This document shows positions 45,744-55,008 of a DNA stretch of 64,000 nt, piece by piece. The DNA comes from an uncultured Eubacteriales bacterium. Lineage in GTDB: Bacteria; Bacillota; Clostridia; Oscillospirales; CAG-272. The position numbers were made by a program, and so were the translations under genes. Below the pieces are notes generated by a model. The model was not told the origin of the DNA and did not search any database. It saw nothing but the letters and a program-made list of their open reading frames with translations. Each line of letters starts with the position of its first letter. The first letter of the stretch is position 1. The stretch spans positions 36,641 to 100,640 of the forward strand of contig CAKSAC010000006.1 in assembly GCA_934434925.1 (NCBI GenBank), read 5' to 3'.

Positions 45744-46907
45744 AATAGCGAGGGGGATTCCGTTCACTTCCACCACCTTCGCCGCCTCTGCCTCCGCTTC
45801 TTTCCCTTCTTTCTCTTCCACCTCGATCAGAATATACTTTTTTCCGTCGATCACGCGGGTCTCAATCAAGTCCACGCCGGCCGGGGTCGCCCGAATCACG
45901 ATTTCGGGCGTGCGCATTTCAAATTTTTTGGTTTCAAGAATGTTTTTCGGATAGAGTTCCGCGCCGCGCCCGAAGCGTTCGCTCCCCCTTTCACGGAAGG
46001 CTTCAATCTCTTCTTCCGGCACACCGCTGTCGGAAAGATACCCCGCCATCTCGGGCAGGGAAATCGTCAGCGTTTCGCGTTCGTTTCTTTCCCGGTGCGC
46101 CTCTTCGGCGTCCTGTATCCGCCCCCGGAGAGCCTTGATCAGCCGCAGATCGCACTCCTTGCCGAGCGCGTCGGTCAGCACTTCCCGGAAAGCCTCTCCC
46201 TGCGCCGGCGCAGTCATTTCCACATGCGCGCCGAAGATCGCCTCGGTCAGCTCCTCTTTTGCATCAGCCGGATCCCGGGTGTAAAAGAGAGCATTGTAAA
46301 GATTACTTTTCCTTTCGTCAAATGTCGGGAAGAGAAAGCCTGCGGCCGGCGCGGCAATCGCGCTTGCTCCGCCAATCTCCCGGAAAAGATGGTTGCAGGG
46401 ATCATAGGCAAGGGAAGACCCCGTATCCCGCACCGGGCAGATCGCGCAGCAGAGGAAGGAAAAAACCGCATCGGACAACCGTTCCCCCTCCCGGTCATCG
46501 CCCTTTTCGCGGTGCGGCACGTCGTATCGTGCCGAGAGCAAGAGAATCACATAATTTTCTTCTGCGCGGATCGCCCCCGCCACCATATCAAAAAAGCGAT
46601 TTCTCGCGTCTTCATCCGCCAGTGCGCTTTCCCGCAGGGTCATCAACAGGCGGTGTTCTTCCCCGTTTGAAACCTGCGCGGCGCTGAAAGGGATGTCCAG
46701 CAGATTTTTATGTAACGTTCCCGACAGAGACTTCCGGAAAAGCGACAGATACTTCTCGGATTCCTCTTCGCCAAGCAGTCCGAGCGACCGCTCAAACCGC
46801 GCAATGACCGTTCCCGTTGCGTTGACATAACAGCCGTATACGGCCGGGGCGGTCGTTCTTCCCGGGCGGAGCGTCCGCCGGATTTCGCCCACTTCTTTTT
46901 CGTTCAT
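45720..46907 (-). CDS. DUF4317-like protein
   Basis: ORF 45720-46997. Start at Met31 (ATG 46907, GGGAGA upstream). The N-terminus MNEKEVGEIRRTL...CYVNATG...FRKSLSGTLHKNLL resembles the Clostridial DUF4317 family (from memory). Confidence 0.6.
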   Translation of the reverse strand: MNEKEVGEIRRTLRPGRTTAPAVYGCYVNATGTVIARFERSLGLLGEEESEKYLSLFRKSLSGTLHKNLLDIPFSAAQVSNGEEHRLLMTLRESALADEDARNRFFDMVAGAIRAEENYVILLLSARYDVPHREKGDDREGERLSDAVFSFLCCAICPVRDTGSSLAYDPCNHLFREIGGASAIAAPAAGFLFPTFDERKSNLYNALFYTRDPADAKEELTEAIFGAHVEMTAPAQGEAFREVLTDALGKECDLRLIKALRGRIQDAEEAHRERNERETLTISLPEMAGYLSDSGVPEEEIEAFRERGSERFGRGAELYPKNILETKKFEMRTPEIVIRATPAGVDLIETRVIDGKKYILIEVEEKEGKEAEAEAAKVVEVNGIPLAILPLENAR

Positions 46908-47092
46908 TTTTTTCTCCCTTGGTTTTTTTCTCTGTACGCCTGCGCCGGGGCATTCCCTTTGCGAACCGTCAAGGTCTTTTTCCCGCGGCGCATGCAATCT
47001 TCTCTATTGTAGCACACCTATGGCAAAAAAAGCGGATAATTTTTATTTTTTTCAAAAATCCGCTTCCGAAAGCCCCGGTTCGCCGGGCAAAC

Positions 47093-47121
47093 AGAAAAAG
47101 AAAAGGCCGCTCGGCCTTTTC
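47093..47121 (-). terminator. rho-independent terminator
   Basis: On the minus strand: GAAAAGGCCG-agc-GGCCTTTTC followed by TTTTTCTGTTT, 25 nt after the stop at 47146. Confidence 0.8.
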
Positions 47122-47145
47122 TCTCCCTTTCGGGGATCGGTTGTC

Positions 47146-48291
47146 TCAGATCTGCGGTATCTCGATCTCCACTTCGCGTCCCGCCTCGGCAGAACGGCTG
47201 ATCCCGTCGATAATCGCCTGATTGTAAAGGATCTGGCTGGTCGGAACCGGCGCAGGCGTACCGTTTTTGACCGCGTCCAGGAAGGAACGGATCTTGAGGT
47301 CAAAGAGCGATTCTTTCGTTTCCAGGATCGGAATCTTGGTTTCGGTCTGTGTGCCGGCCACATCGTGATAGAGCGTCATTTCTCCGCCGACGGTTCCGTT
47401 CCAGCACTGTGTGGACGGGATGCGGAGCGCGCCTTCCGTACCGAAGATGATGGTGTCGCCGGGGGTGTCTACATGCATGGCCCAGGCAATCCGGAAGTCC
47501 AGAATAATCCCGCCTTCCAACCGGATGAACCCGGCGCCGAAATCGTCAACCGAAAAGATGTCGGCATACTGGGGCTGATTGGAGTGCGCCGGATTCTTTC
47601 CGAAGAAATCCGACTTGTACCCGGTCACGGTCAGGGGCTTCGGATAGCCGATGGCGTTCAGCACCATGTCGAGCGAATAGCAGCCGATATCGCCGAGCGC
47701 GCCGAGGCCGGCCGTTTCTTTCCGCAAAAAGGAATCGCCGAACGGAGCGGGGATGCCGCGACGGCGACCGCCGCCTGTCTGGATATAATAGATTTTCCCG
47801 AGGGTTCCGTCTTCCACGATTTTTTTGATCATCTTCATGTTTTCGTCAAACCGCGGCTGGAACCCGACCGAAACGATTTTGCCGCTCTTCTTTTCGGCGC
47901 GGCAAACGGCCACGGCTTCTTCCAGCGTGACGGTCATCGGTTTTTCAAGCAGGACCGGAACGCCGTGTTCAAGCGCGTCAATCGTGCATTCGGCATGCGT
48001 GGCGTTATAGGTACAGACACTGACGGCGTCCAATTCTTCCGCTTCCAGCATGGCTTTGTGGTCGGTGTAGCATCTCACTTTGTCCAGCCCGTATTTTTGC
48101 ATGGCCTTTTCGGCCTTGCCGGGGATCAGGTCTGCCGCCGCCACAATCTCTGCGTCGGGCTGGTTCAGGTAGGAACGGATATGTGCTTCGGAAATCCAGC
48201 CGGTACCGATAATACCGATCTTCATTTTGCGGGAAGCGTCCACCTTCTTTTCGGATTCCTGCTGGAAATCGTTCAAATCGTGCATTTTCAT
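47146..48291 (-). CDS. Gfo/Idh/MocA family oxidoreductase
   Basis: ORF track, 381 aa. GAGAGGA lies 7 nt upstream of ATG 48291. Rossmann block MKIGIIGTGWISEAH after a 22-aa N-terminal extension; LLEKP present. Confidence 0.8.
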   Translation of the reverse strand: MKMHDLNDFQQESEKKVDASRKMKIGIIGTGWISEAHIRSYLNQPDAEIVAAADLIPGKAEKAMQKYGLDKVRCYTDHKAMLEAEELDAVSVCTYNATHAECTIDALEHGVPVLLEKPMTVTLEEAVAVCRAEKKSGKIVSVGFQPRFDENMKMIKKIVEDGTLGKIYYIQTGGGRRRGIPAPFGDSFLRKETAGLGALGDIGCYSLDMVLNAIGYPKPLTVTGYKSDFFGKNPAHSNQPQYADIFSVDDFGAGFIRLEGGIILDFRIAWAMHVDTPGDTIIFGTEGALRIPSTQCWNGTVGGEMTLYHDVAGTQTETKIPILETKESLFDLKIRSFLDAVKNGTPAPVPTSQILYNQAIIDGISRSAEAGREVEIEIPQI

Positions 48292-48354
48292 GATACAATC
48301 CTCTCGTTTTTGTAAAGTTTTGTTTTCATTATATCTTTTTTCGGGGAATCTGTT

Positions 48355-49125
48355 TCAAATTCCCAGCGCATGCAGGTATGCCCGCGATGCCTGCACCGAA
48401 GCCAGCGCCTCATCCCGGCCGCGAATCTCGTCTTCCACGATCAGCCATTCGGTTCCCGCTTCCTCGGCCGCCGAAAGAACTTCGGAAACCCGCAAAAGAC
48501 CTCTCCCTACCGAACGATCGGAAAGATCTGCCGGACGGACCCCGGGCGTGCGCGCGGAAAGATCGTAGGTAAAGTCTTTCAGATGGATGAGCGGGGCGCG
48601 GCCTCTGTACCGGCGGAGCCAGGCGGCCGGATCCTCCCCGGCAACCAGGAGCCAGCCGACATCAAACTCGGTTTGCAGAAGCTCTGCCGGAATTTCCGAA
48701 AAAATCGCCTCGAGCTGACAGACTTTCCCGATTTTTTTATATATCTCGTTGTCATGGTTGTGGTAGAGCATTTTCAGCCCGGCCTTTTGCGCCGCAACGG
48801 CGGCCGCGCGGATTCTGCGTATCGATTCCCCGAATTCTTCTTCCTCCCACTGATGTCCGGGAATGCCCATATACGGCGTTCCGATTTTTTTGTACCCCGC
48901 GGGAAGCGAAGGATCGGCCTCTATCTCCCGTACCTGAACATGCGAAGAGAGCGGGATCAACCCGTTTTTCTCACAAAGTTCCCGTATTTCTTCCGGCGAA
49001 CGGCCGTATAATCCGGCAAATTCCACCCCGGCATATCCGTACTCCGCCACGCGGGCAAGCGTATCGCCGAGATTTTCGCGCATGGCTTCCCTCACGCTGT
49101 ACAACTGTAACGCAACAGAAAACAT
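48355..49125 (-). CDS. sugar phosphate isomerase/epimerase (xylose isomerase-like TIM barrel)
   Basis: ORF track, 256 aa. AAGGAGAAG RBS. Pattern GYAGVEFAG...YHNHDNE...IHLKD. Confidence 0.75.
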   Translation of the reverse strand: MFSVALQLYSVREAMRENLGDTLARVAEYGYAGVEFAGLYGRSPEEIRELCEKNGLIPLSSHVQVREIEADPSLPAGYKKIGTPYMGIPGHQWEEEEFGESIRRIRAAAVAAQKAGLKMLYHNHDNEIYKKIGKVCQLEAIFSEIPAELLQTEFDVGWLLVAGEDPAAWLRRYRGRAPLIHLKDFTYDLSARTPGVRPADLSDRSVGRGLLRVSEVLSAAEEAGTEWLIVEDEIRGRDEALASVQASRAYLHALGI

Positions 49126-49155
49126 TTTTCTTCTCCTTTCGGCTCTTCTTTTTCT

Positions 49156-49184
49156 ATTATACTGTACATTTCTTTGAATATCAA
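49156..49184 (-). promoter_or_regulatory. sigma-70-type promoter (TTGATA-17-TATAAT) for the TIM-barrel/Gfo operon
   Basis: On the minus strand: TTGATA (49184-49179), a 17-nt spacer, TATAAT (49161-49156). Confidence 0.6.
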
Positions 49185-49263
49185 GCCTCTTGTTTTTTGA
49201 ATCCGGCTCTTTTTTCGTTCATTTTTTTCGATTTCCGTTAAAAATATTTTCTCGGGCGCACTC

Positions 49264-49292
49264 TTGAATTTTTCCGCGATTTCGTATATACT
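49264..49292 (+). promoter_or_regulatory. sigma-70-type promoter (TTGAAT-17-TATACT) for the 676-aa gene
   Basis: TTGAAT at 49264-49269, a 17-nt spacer, TATACT at 49287-49292. Confidence 0.55.
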
Positions 49293-49354
49293 GTTAGAAG
49301 AAGTATTCAGCGCCCGCGCGGCCCCCGCGGCCACACAGAAAGAAAGGATATGCC

Positions 49355-51385
49355 ATGCATCAAACCCTGACCAACGAAACAGCCGGCGTTCTTCCCTCCC
49401 TGCTCGGGAACGGGGATCTGCTCTTTTTCCTTGACCGGGAAGGAGCCGTTCCGCAAAAGACCGGAAGTTCCCTCCTGCCGGACGGCGGCATATTCCGCCG
49501 GGGACATCTGCATGCGGACGGAACGCCCGTCTCTTACGGCCGGATCTATCCGCAGATCATGAAAAAACAAATCCTCTATCCGGAAGAAAGCAGTCTGTCG
49601 CTCGATTTTCAGGAAGGAATCTTCTTTTCCACCTGCTCGTACGGGGAGAGACTGACCGTCCGTACCGAAGCCTGCGCCCACGTGACGCTGCCGGTGCTGG
49701 CGGTTTCCAAAAAAATCTCCAATACGTTTGTGGAAGAATTCAGCTATATTTATATGCCCCCCTCGGATTTCTTCACGCTGACCGAGGGCGAAAACTGCGT
49801 GTACATCGACTATGCGGAGGGTTCCCGCCGGGAGAGGCTCTGTTTCTTCTCTTCCCCCGCCCTGCATGCCGAAGTGAAAAACGGCACGGCCGTGTTGAGC
49901 GGCCGGATCTCCCGCGGCTCCACTGTGGTCTTTGCGCTCGCTTTCTGCGATGACGCAGGAGAAGATGGGAATTTTCCGGGGCTTGAAGAGACGGTCCGCA
50001 CCGTCCGGCGGCAGGAAGAGAAAATCTTTTCCGAGCAGGCGGCCTCTTTCGCGTCCTATTACCGGGAGAACCGCTTTTTCCCGGATGATGCGCGCACCTT
50101 CGGCTCTGACGGCGCACAGTATCTGCTCCGCGTTCTTTCCTCGGAAAACGGAGCGTTCCTCGCTCCCGACCATCCGGTACTGCCCTTCGGCGTAGCGCCG
50201 TTTTCCGATCTCTTTACCCTGCATGCTCTGCTGGCCGGCGGGCATACCGAACGTGCGGCCGCCCTTCTCTCTTTCTGGAAAAAAATCCTGCCCGTCGCCA
50301 TCCGGCGCACGTCTTCTCCCGGAAAGGACGCGGCGAGATACCCTTATTATACCGACGCCACCGGGGAAGAAAAAATGCCCGATGACTTCCGCCGTGACCG
50401 TGTGGTACAGACCGCCGCGGTCGCCGCCGGATTTTACGAATACTATCTCTATAACCGGGATCGCGATTTTCTGGAAAGCGACGCTTACCCGGTCATGCGC
50501 GCCTGTTGCGAATATCTCTGGCTGAGCGCTGTCCGGCGGGACGGAGACCGCCTTTTTGTCTGCGCGTCCGACCTCGACAGTCTCGGCGCTTATGCGGAGG
50601 GCGCACTGCTTTCCTCGGTTGCCGTCTCTCACGCTTTTTCGTCCTTTGCGTCGGTCGCCGATATTCTCGGCCGCGCGGATGAATTCAGCGCCACCTGCCG
50701 CCGCGCGGGGGGTGAATTGCGCGCTTCTCTCCCGATGACCGACGGGGTATACGACACTTCCCCCGGTGTTCCGGCCGGAGAATCCGTCGCCTCTTTGCTC
50801 GTTTCTTCTTTCTTCGCCCTGCCGGATATCGAAGCCCGGCGGCGCACGGTCTTTTCTTCCTCTCTTTCCCGCCTCGGCGGAGCCTCTCCGTATGAAGACG
50901 GCCTGCTCTGCGCCGGCGCGGCGGTATCGCGCGTCTCGGCCGGAGCCGCTCTTTCGCGTCTGCTCCGGGATTTCTACTCCCTGACCGTCAACGGCCAGAG
51001 CGGAGCCGAAGCGCCCGCCACGGTCAGTGCGCTCCTTCTTTTTGCGCTTTATCGCTCGGTCGCCTGCGTGGAAGACAAAAAGATTTATATCGGGTTCGGT
51101 CTCGATCCGACCCGCCCGCCCGCCGGACCCTTCCGCCTTCCTCTCCCGATGGGCGTGATTGCAGAAGGAAAGATCCGGGATGGCAAACTGTCCTCCTTCC
51201 GCCTGTATTCGACCGCCAAAGAACCGCCGTTCCCCTCGTTGGATGTGGTTATTCCTTCCTGGCTCTATACCGAAGGGGCGGCCGCCACGATCCGCAAAAG
51301 CGAGCGCGGCGGGATGGTGCAGATTCACGTGGCCGTCAGCAAAGGCGAAAAGTGGGATATTTCCTCTATTGTCGGCTGGCGTTGA
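49355..51385 (+). CDS. hypothetical 676-aa protein, possibly (alpha/alpha)6-barrel glycosidase-like
   Basis: ORF track. The composition is protein-like, whereas the antisense ORF is R/G-rich. The central helical-repeat-looking region (LHALLAGGHTERAAALLSFW...AAGFYEYYLYNRDRDFL...VSHAFSSFASVADILG) is only suggestive of a six-hairpin fold. Confidence 0.6.
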   Translation: MHQTLTNETAGVLPSLLGNGDLLFFLDREGAVPQKTGSSLLPDGGIFRRGHLHADGTPVSYGRIYPQIMKKQILYPEESSLSLDFQEGIFFSTCSYGERLTVRTEACAHVTLPVLAVSKKISNTFVEEFSYIYMPPSDFFTLTEGENCVYIDYAEGSRRERLCFFSSPALHAEVKNGTAVLSGRISRGSTVVFALAFCDDAGEDGNFPGLEETVRTVRRQEEKIFSEQAASFASYYRENRFFPDDARTFGSDGAQYLLRVLSSENGAFLAPDHPVLPFGVAPFSDLFTLHALLAGGHTERAAALLSFWKKILPVAIRRTSSPGKDAARYPYYTDATGEEKMPDDFRRDRVVQTAAVAAGFYEYYLYNRDRDFLESDAYPVMRACCEYLWLSAVRRDGDRLFVCASDLDSLGAYAEGALLSSVAVSHAFSSFASVADILGRADEFSATCRRAGGELRASLPMTDGVYDTSPGVPAGESVASLLVSSFFALPDIEARRRTVFSSSLSRLGGASPYEDGLLCAGAAVSRVSAGAALSRLLRDFYSLTVNGQSGAEAPATVSALLLFALYRSVACVEDKKIYIGFGLDPTRPPAGPFRLPLPMGVIAEGKIRDGKLSSFRLYSTAKEPPFPSLDVVIPSWLYTEGAAATIRKSERGGMVQIHVAVSKGEKWDISSIVGWR

Positions 51386-51446
51386 CTGTCTCCCGGCGGG
51401 GGTTTCCAAACGACGGGGCAGCCTCTTCTCCCTTTGATAAAAAGAA

Positions 51447-51477
51447 AATCGGGCAGAGTTCTCTGTCCGATTTTTTC
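51447..51477. terminator. bidirectional rho-independent terminator
   Basis: AAAATCGGGCAGAG-ttct-CTGTCCGATTTTTT (one G:U pair), between convergent genes. Confidence 0.75.
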
Positions 51478-51482
51478 GTGCG

Positions 51483-51546
51483 GCGCGGGTTTTGCCGCAT
51501 GGGTTCTCTTGAAGGCGCGGGTTTTGCCGCATGGGTTCTCTTGAAG
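51483..51546 (+). repeat. 32-bp tandem duplication
   Basis: gcgcgggttttgccgcatgggttctcttgaag at 51483 and 51515. Confidence 0.9.
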
Positions 51547-51577
51547 GCGCGCGTTGCCAAATGCCCTGCGCCGAAAA

Positions 51578-52177
51578 TCAGAAAATGCGTGACAAACTCA
51601 TCAGAATCTGTTCGCTGCCCGTGGATTCAAAAAGGTCTCCCCACTGCTTCATGATTTCCGGGAGAATGACGAGGCTGATGATTGCCATCACAATGGAAAA
51701 TATCCCGCAGATCAACCCGGCAATTCCCATACCGGAAAAGGAGCCTCTGTTTTTCCGGTCGATCAGCGCGCAGATGATCCCGGCCAATCCGAACGGAATT
51801 CCGCAACAGCAGATTCCGAGAATGCCGCAAACGAGCGCGGTGATTGCCAGACCGTTTCCGTTTTGTTTCGGCGGTTCCCCATATTCATAGATTCTCCCGG
51901 TTCCGCCGGGTGCGCCGTAATTGAAATAGCCGCTTTCGCTCTCCCGGCTCCTGGGTGCGTTCTGCCGGTCTTCGGATTGCCCGTTGTCTGCCGGCTGCCC
52001 GTTATAGCCGGGCTGCCCGTTATAGCCGGGCTGTCCGTTATATCCCGACTGCCCGTTATATCCCGGCTGTCCGTTGTTTTCGGGTATTTGAGTCTCCCCG
52101 TTTTGCCGATTGTTTTCCATCCGGGGGTCTCCGTTGCTTTGCGGCTCATTGCCGCCTTCCCATTTGAATTCCTGCAT
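51578..52177 (-). CDS. DUF4190-like membrane protein with G-Y-N-G-Q-P hexapeptide repeats
   Basis: ORF 51578-52288. Start at Met38 (ATG 52177, GGAGGA upstream). 18-bp repeats at about 51975-52078 encode (NGQPGY)x5. The C-terminal pair of TM helices is Cys/Gly-rich (LVCGILGICCCGIPFGLAGIICALI). Confidence 0.65.
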   Translation of the reverse strand: MQEFKWEGGNEPQSNGDPRMENNRQNGETQIPENNGQPGYNGQSGYNGQPGYNGQPGYNGQPADNGQSEDRQNAPRSRESESGYFNYGAPGGTGRIYEYGEPPKQNGNGLAITALVCGILGICCCGIPFGLAGIICALIDRKNRGSFSGMGIAGLICGIFSIVMAIISLVILPEIMKQWGDLFESTGSEQILMSLSRIF

Positions 52178-52338
52178 CGTTTCCTCCGTTCTGCCGCTTG
52201 ACCGCGACCATTGAATATGATACAATAGAAGCGTCCGATACGCGCTCTTTGCTTTCTTTCTGCCGCCGTTTGCGCGGAATAATCGCAAATGCCGTATTTT
52301 CCCTGTCTGTAAAACAGTATACCACAGAGGAGAAAAAA

Positions 52339-52791
52339 ATGCAACCGTCTCACAAAAAAAAGAAGAAGCTTTCCGCCGTTTCCGGTTTCAATCTTCTTTT
52401 CCTTTTTGCTCTTCTTTCTTTCGCCGGCGGCTTTTTTCTTTTCCTTCGGCTGGACGCGGCCGGAATCCTTTCCCGCCTTCTTTTCTGCCCTTTGCATGCG
52501 TTCGGACTCTATTGCCCCGGCTGTGGCGGAACCCGGGCAGTCCGGCGTCTTCTCTCCTTGGATTTTGTCGGTGCCTTCCTTTGTAATCCGTCTGTTTTCC
52601 CGCTCGTTTTCTGCGTTCTTTACTATTTTTCCTTTGCCGCCGCGGCCGTCGTCCGGCAGGATCCGCCGCTTTTTCGCAAATCCGGCTCTCTTCCCCTCTA
52701 TCTCCTTCTCGGTACGGCCGTCCTTTGGTTCCTGATCAGAAACATTCTCCTTTTTTCCGGGATCGATCTGCTCGGAGACTTTCTTCCCTGA
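52339..52791 (+). CDS. DUF2752-like membrane protein
   Basis: ORF 52198-52791. Start at Met48 (ATG 52339, GAGGAGA upstream). CPLHAFGLYCPGCGGTRA motif. Confidence 0.65.
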   Translation: MQPSHKKKKKLSAVSGFNLLFLFALLSFAGGFFLFLRLDAAGILSRLLFCPLHAFGLYCPGCGGTRAVRRLLSLDFVGAFLCNPSVFPLVFCVLYYFSFAAAAVVRQDPPLFRKSGSLPLYLLLGTAVLWFLIRNILLFSGIDLLGDFLP

Positions 52792-52830
52792 TTCTTTTTT
52801 CCTATCTAAAAGCCGCATTTCGCGGCTTTT

Positions 52831-53385
52831 TTACATGCGGTCACAAATCGATACGCTGTCTTCGCCGTCAACCTCACGAAAACGGACGCTGACCATCTCG
52901 GCGTGAGATGTCGGGATGTTTTTCCCTACAAAATCCGGCCGGATCGGCAATTCCCGCAAGCCGCGGTCTATCATCACGGCAAGCCGCACGGCGGAAGGCC
53001 GCCCGAGGTCAAAAAGCGCGTCGATCGCCGCGCGGACGGTCCTTCCCGTATAAATGACATCGTCGCATAAGATGACGGTCTTTCCTTCCACCGGGAAAGG
53101 GATATCCCCGCCCGTAACCTGCGGTTGCGGATGCTCCTTGCTGAGGTCATCGCGGTAAAACGTAATATCCAAAGCGCCGACCGGTACTTTCACTCCCTCG
53201 ATCGTTTCAATCCCGTCAGAAATTCGCTCGGCCATCGGAACCCCGCGCCGCCGGATACCGATCAAAACCAGTTCTTCCGCTCCTTTGTTTTTTTCCAGTA
53301 TTTCGTGGGAGATACGCTTGACCGCACGCCCGATTGCCTGCTCATCCATGATTTTCGCTTTCTCCCGCATGCCATTTTCTCCCAT
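52831..53385 (-). CDS. pyrR: bifunctional pyrimidine regulatory protein / uracil phosphoribosyltransferase PyrR
   Basis: ORF 52831-53622. Start at Met80 (ATG 53385, GGGAGA upstream); ATG 53370 is an alternative. Colinear with B. subtilis PyrR: [68 protein letters not shown]. Confidence 0.85.
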   Translation of the reverse strand: MGENGMREKAKIMDEQAIGRAVKRISHEILEKNKGAEELVLIGIRRRGVPMAERISDGIETIEGVKVPVGALDITFYRDDLSKEHPQPQVTGGDIPFPVEGKTVILCDDVIYTGRTVRAAIDALFDLGRPSAVRLAVMIDRGLRELPIRPDFVGKNIPTSHAEMVSVRFREVDGEDSVSICDRM

Positions 53386-53407
53386 GTTTTTCTCCCTCTT
53401 TTTTTCC

Positions 53408-53436
53408 ATTATATCCCGGTTTTCCCGAAATTGCAA
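53408..53436 (-). promoter_or_regulatory. sigma-70-type promoter of pyrR (TTGCAA-17-TATAAT)
   Basis: On the minus strand: TTGCAA (53436-53431), a 17-nt spacer, TATAAT (53413-53408). Confidence 0.55.
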
Positions 53437-53440
53437 GAGT

Positions 53441-53470
53441 GAATAAAAAAAGAATGTTTTCTCCATACTG
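53441..53470 (+). promoter_or_regulatory. possible forespore sigma-G/F-type promoter of the spoVA operon
   Basis: GAATA (53441-53445), an 18-nt spacer, CATACTG (53464-53470), compared with the consensus GHATR-18-CATXHTA. One mismatch in the -10 element. Confidence 0.35.
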
Positions 53471-53533
53471 CGTATATACCGCGTCTGCCGTTTCTTTTCC
53501 GGCGCGCGGATTTCCGCTCTGAAAGGAACTGCC

Positions 53534-53980
53534 ATGCATAACAAAAAAGAATACCTGGCGCTGACCGAAAAACGCGCCTCCCGTTCGCCTCTTTTCCGGG
53601 ACTGCTGTTTTGCTTTTCTCATCGGCGGTCTTATCTGCCTTGCGGGGCAGGGGCTTCTTTCGCTCTATATCGCGCTGGGCGTGCGGGAGACGGCGGCCAT
53701 GACGCTTGTCACGGTCTCGCTGATTTTTCTTTCCTCTCTCCTGACGGGACTTGGCTTGTTTGACGATCTGGCACGGATTGCCGGTGCCGGAACGCTCGTG
53801 CCGGTCACGGGCTTTGCCAATGCCGTGGTTTCTCCGGCTCTCGACACGAAAAGCGAGGGCATGATTCTCGGCGTGGGGTCCAAAATCTTCACCGTTGCCG
53901 GGCCGGTTCTCCTTTTCGGAACGCTGGCAGGCGCTTTTTACGGCATTCTTTATTATCTGTACGGGGTGATTTTTCTATGA
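53534..53980 (+). CDS. spoVAC: stage V sporulation protein AC
   Basis: 148 aa. [17 protein letters not shown] and a four-TM pattern typical of SpoVAC. Confidence 0.85.
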   Translation: MHNKKEYLALTEKRASRSPLFRDCCFAFLIGGLICLAGQGLLSLYIALGVRETAAMTLVTVSLIFLSSLLTGLGLFDDLARIAGAGTLVPVTGFANAVVSPALDTKSEGMILGVGSKIFTVAGPVLLFGTLAGAFYGILYYLYGVIFL

Positions 53981-55008
53981 AAAGAATTCTTTCTTTTCCA
54001 AGACCGGCGCGCGTCCTTTCTGCGGCGGCGGTCGGCGGGCGTGAAGAGAGGCGCGGCACACACGGAGACGAATTCGATTTCTGCTCCCGGGATGACCTGT
54101 TCGGCATGAAGACCTGGGAAACGGCAGAAGGAGAAATGGGGAGAGCCGCGCTTTCCTTTGCCCTGAAAAAAGCCGGCCTGCGTACAGAGGACCTTTCTCT
54201 TCTCTTTGCCGGCGATCTTCAGAACCAGTGCGTGGCCACCTCGGAAGGGCTTTGTTCGGTCGGTGCGCCTTTTGTCGGTATTTTCGGTGCCTGTTCCACC
54301 ATGGCGGAAGGATTGGCCCTCGCTTCTTTGGCGGTTTCTTCTTCTCCGGACATTCCGATTGCCGCCGTACTGACTTCTTCTCACAACTGCGCCGCAGAAC
54401 GCCAGTTCCGTACGCCTTTGGAATACGGAGCCCAGCGTACTCCCACCGCCCAATGGACCGCCACCGCCGCCGGAAGCGTCCTGTTGAGTGGGGAAGAACA
54501 CCCGCAGAAAACCGGCTGGAAAGCGGGAGAAAAATGCCCGAAAATCTCCGATGTCCTGTTCGGGCGGATGGTGAATGCCGGCGTTACCGATGCCGCCAAT
54601 ATGGGTGCGGCCATGGCTCCGGCCGCCGCCGATACTCTCCTTGCTTATTTTCGGGAAAGCGGCCTCTCCCCGGCGGATTTTGATCTGATCCTGACCGGTG
54701 ACCTCGGGAAAGAAGGCAGCGCCCTTTTGACGCTCCTGCTTGCAAAAGAGGGAATCTCCCTGCAGGAAAAACACGCCGATTGCGGGATGCTCTTATACGA
54801 TTTTGAAAAACAGGACGTCCATTGCGGGGGGTCGGGGTGCGGATGTATCGCTTCTCTTCTTTCCTGTCATTTTCTCCCCCGTATGGCGCGGGCGGAAATC
54901 TGCAATATGCTTGCTGTCGGCACCGGTGCGCTCATGAGTCCTTCTCTTTTACAGCAGGGGGGCAGTATTACCGGCGTCGCCCATCTGATACACCTGGAGG
55001 CAGAATAA
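53977..55008 (+). CDS. spoVAD: stage V sporulation protein AD
   Basis: ATGA overlap with spoVAC; 343 aa. Thiolase-like SpoVAD pattern: AGDLQNQC...GACSTMAEGL...CGGSGCGC. Confidence 0.85.
   Translation: MKRILSFPRPARVLSAAAVGGREERRGTHGDEFDFCSRDDLFGMKTWETAEGEMGRAALSFALKKAGLRTEDLSLLFAGDLQNQCVATSEGLCSVGAPFVGIFGACSTMAEGLALASLAVSSSPDIPIAAVLTSSHNCAAERQFRTPLEYGAQRTPTAQWTATAAGSVLLSGEEHPQKTGWKAGEKCPKISDVLFGRMVNAGVTDAANMGAAMAPAAADTLLAYFRESGLSPADFDLILTGDLGKEGSALLTLLLAKEGISLQEKHADCGMLLYDFEKQDVHCGGSGCGCIASLLSCHFLPRMARAEICNMLAVGTGALMSPSLLQQGGSITGVAHLIHLEAE

Noticed and set aside
53480-53525. A PyrR-binding-loop-like sequence (minus strand uccuuucagagcggaaaucc).
   Set aside because: It only partly resembles the ARUCCAGAGAGGCU core. 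It also lies upstream of the pyrR promoter, so it would not be in the pyrR transcript.
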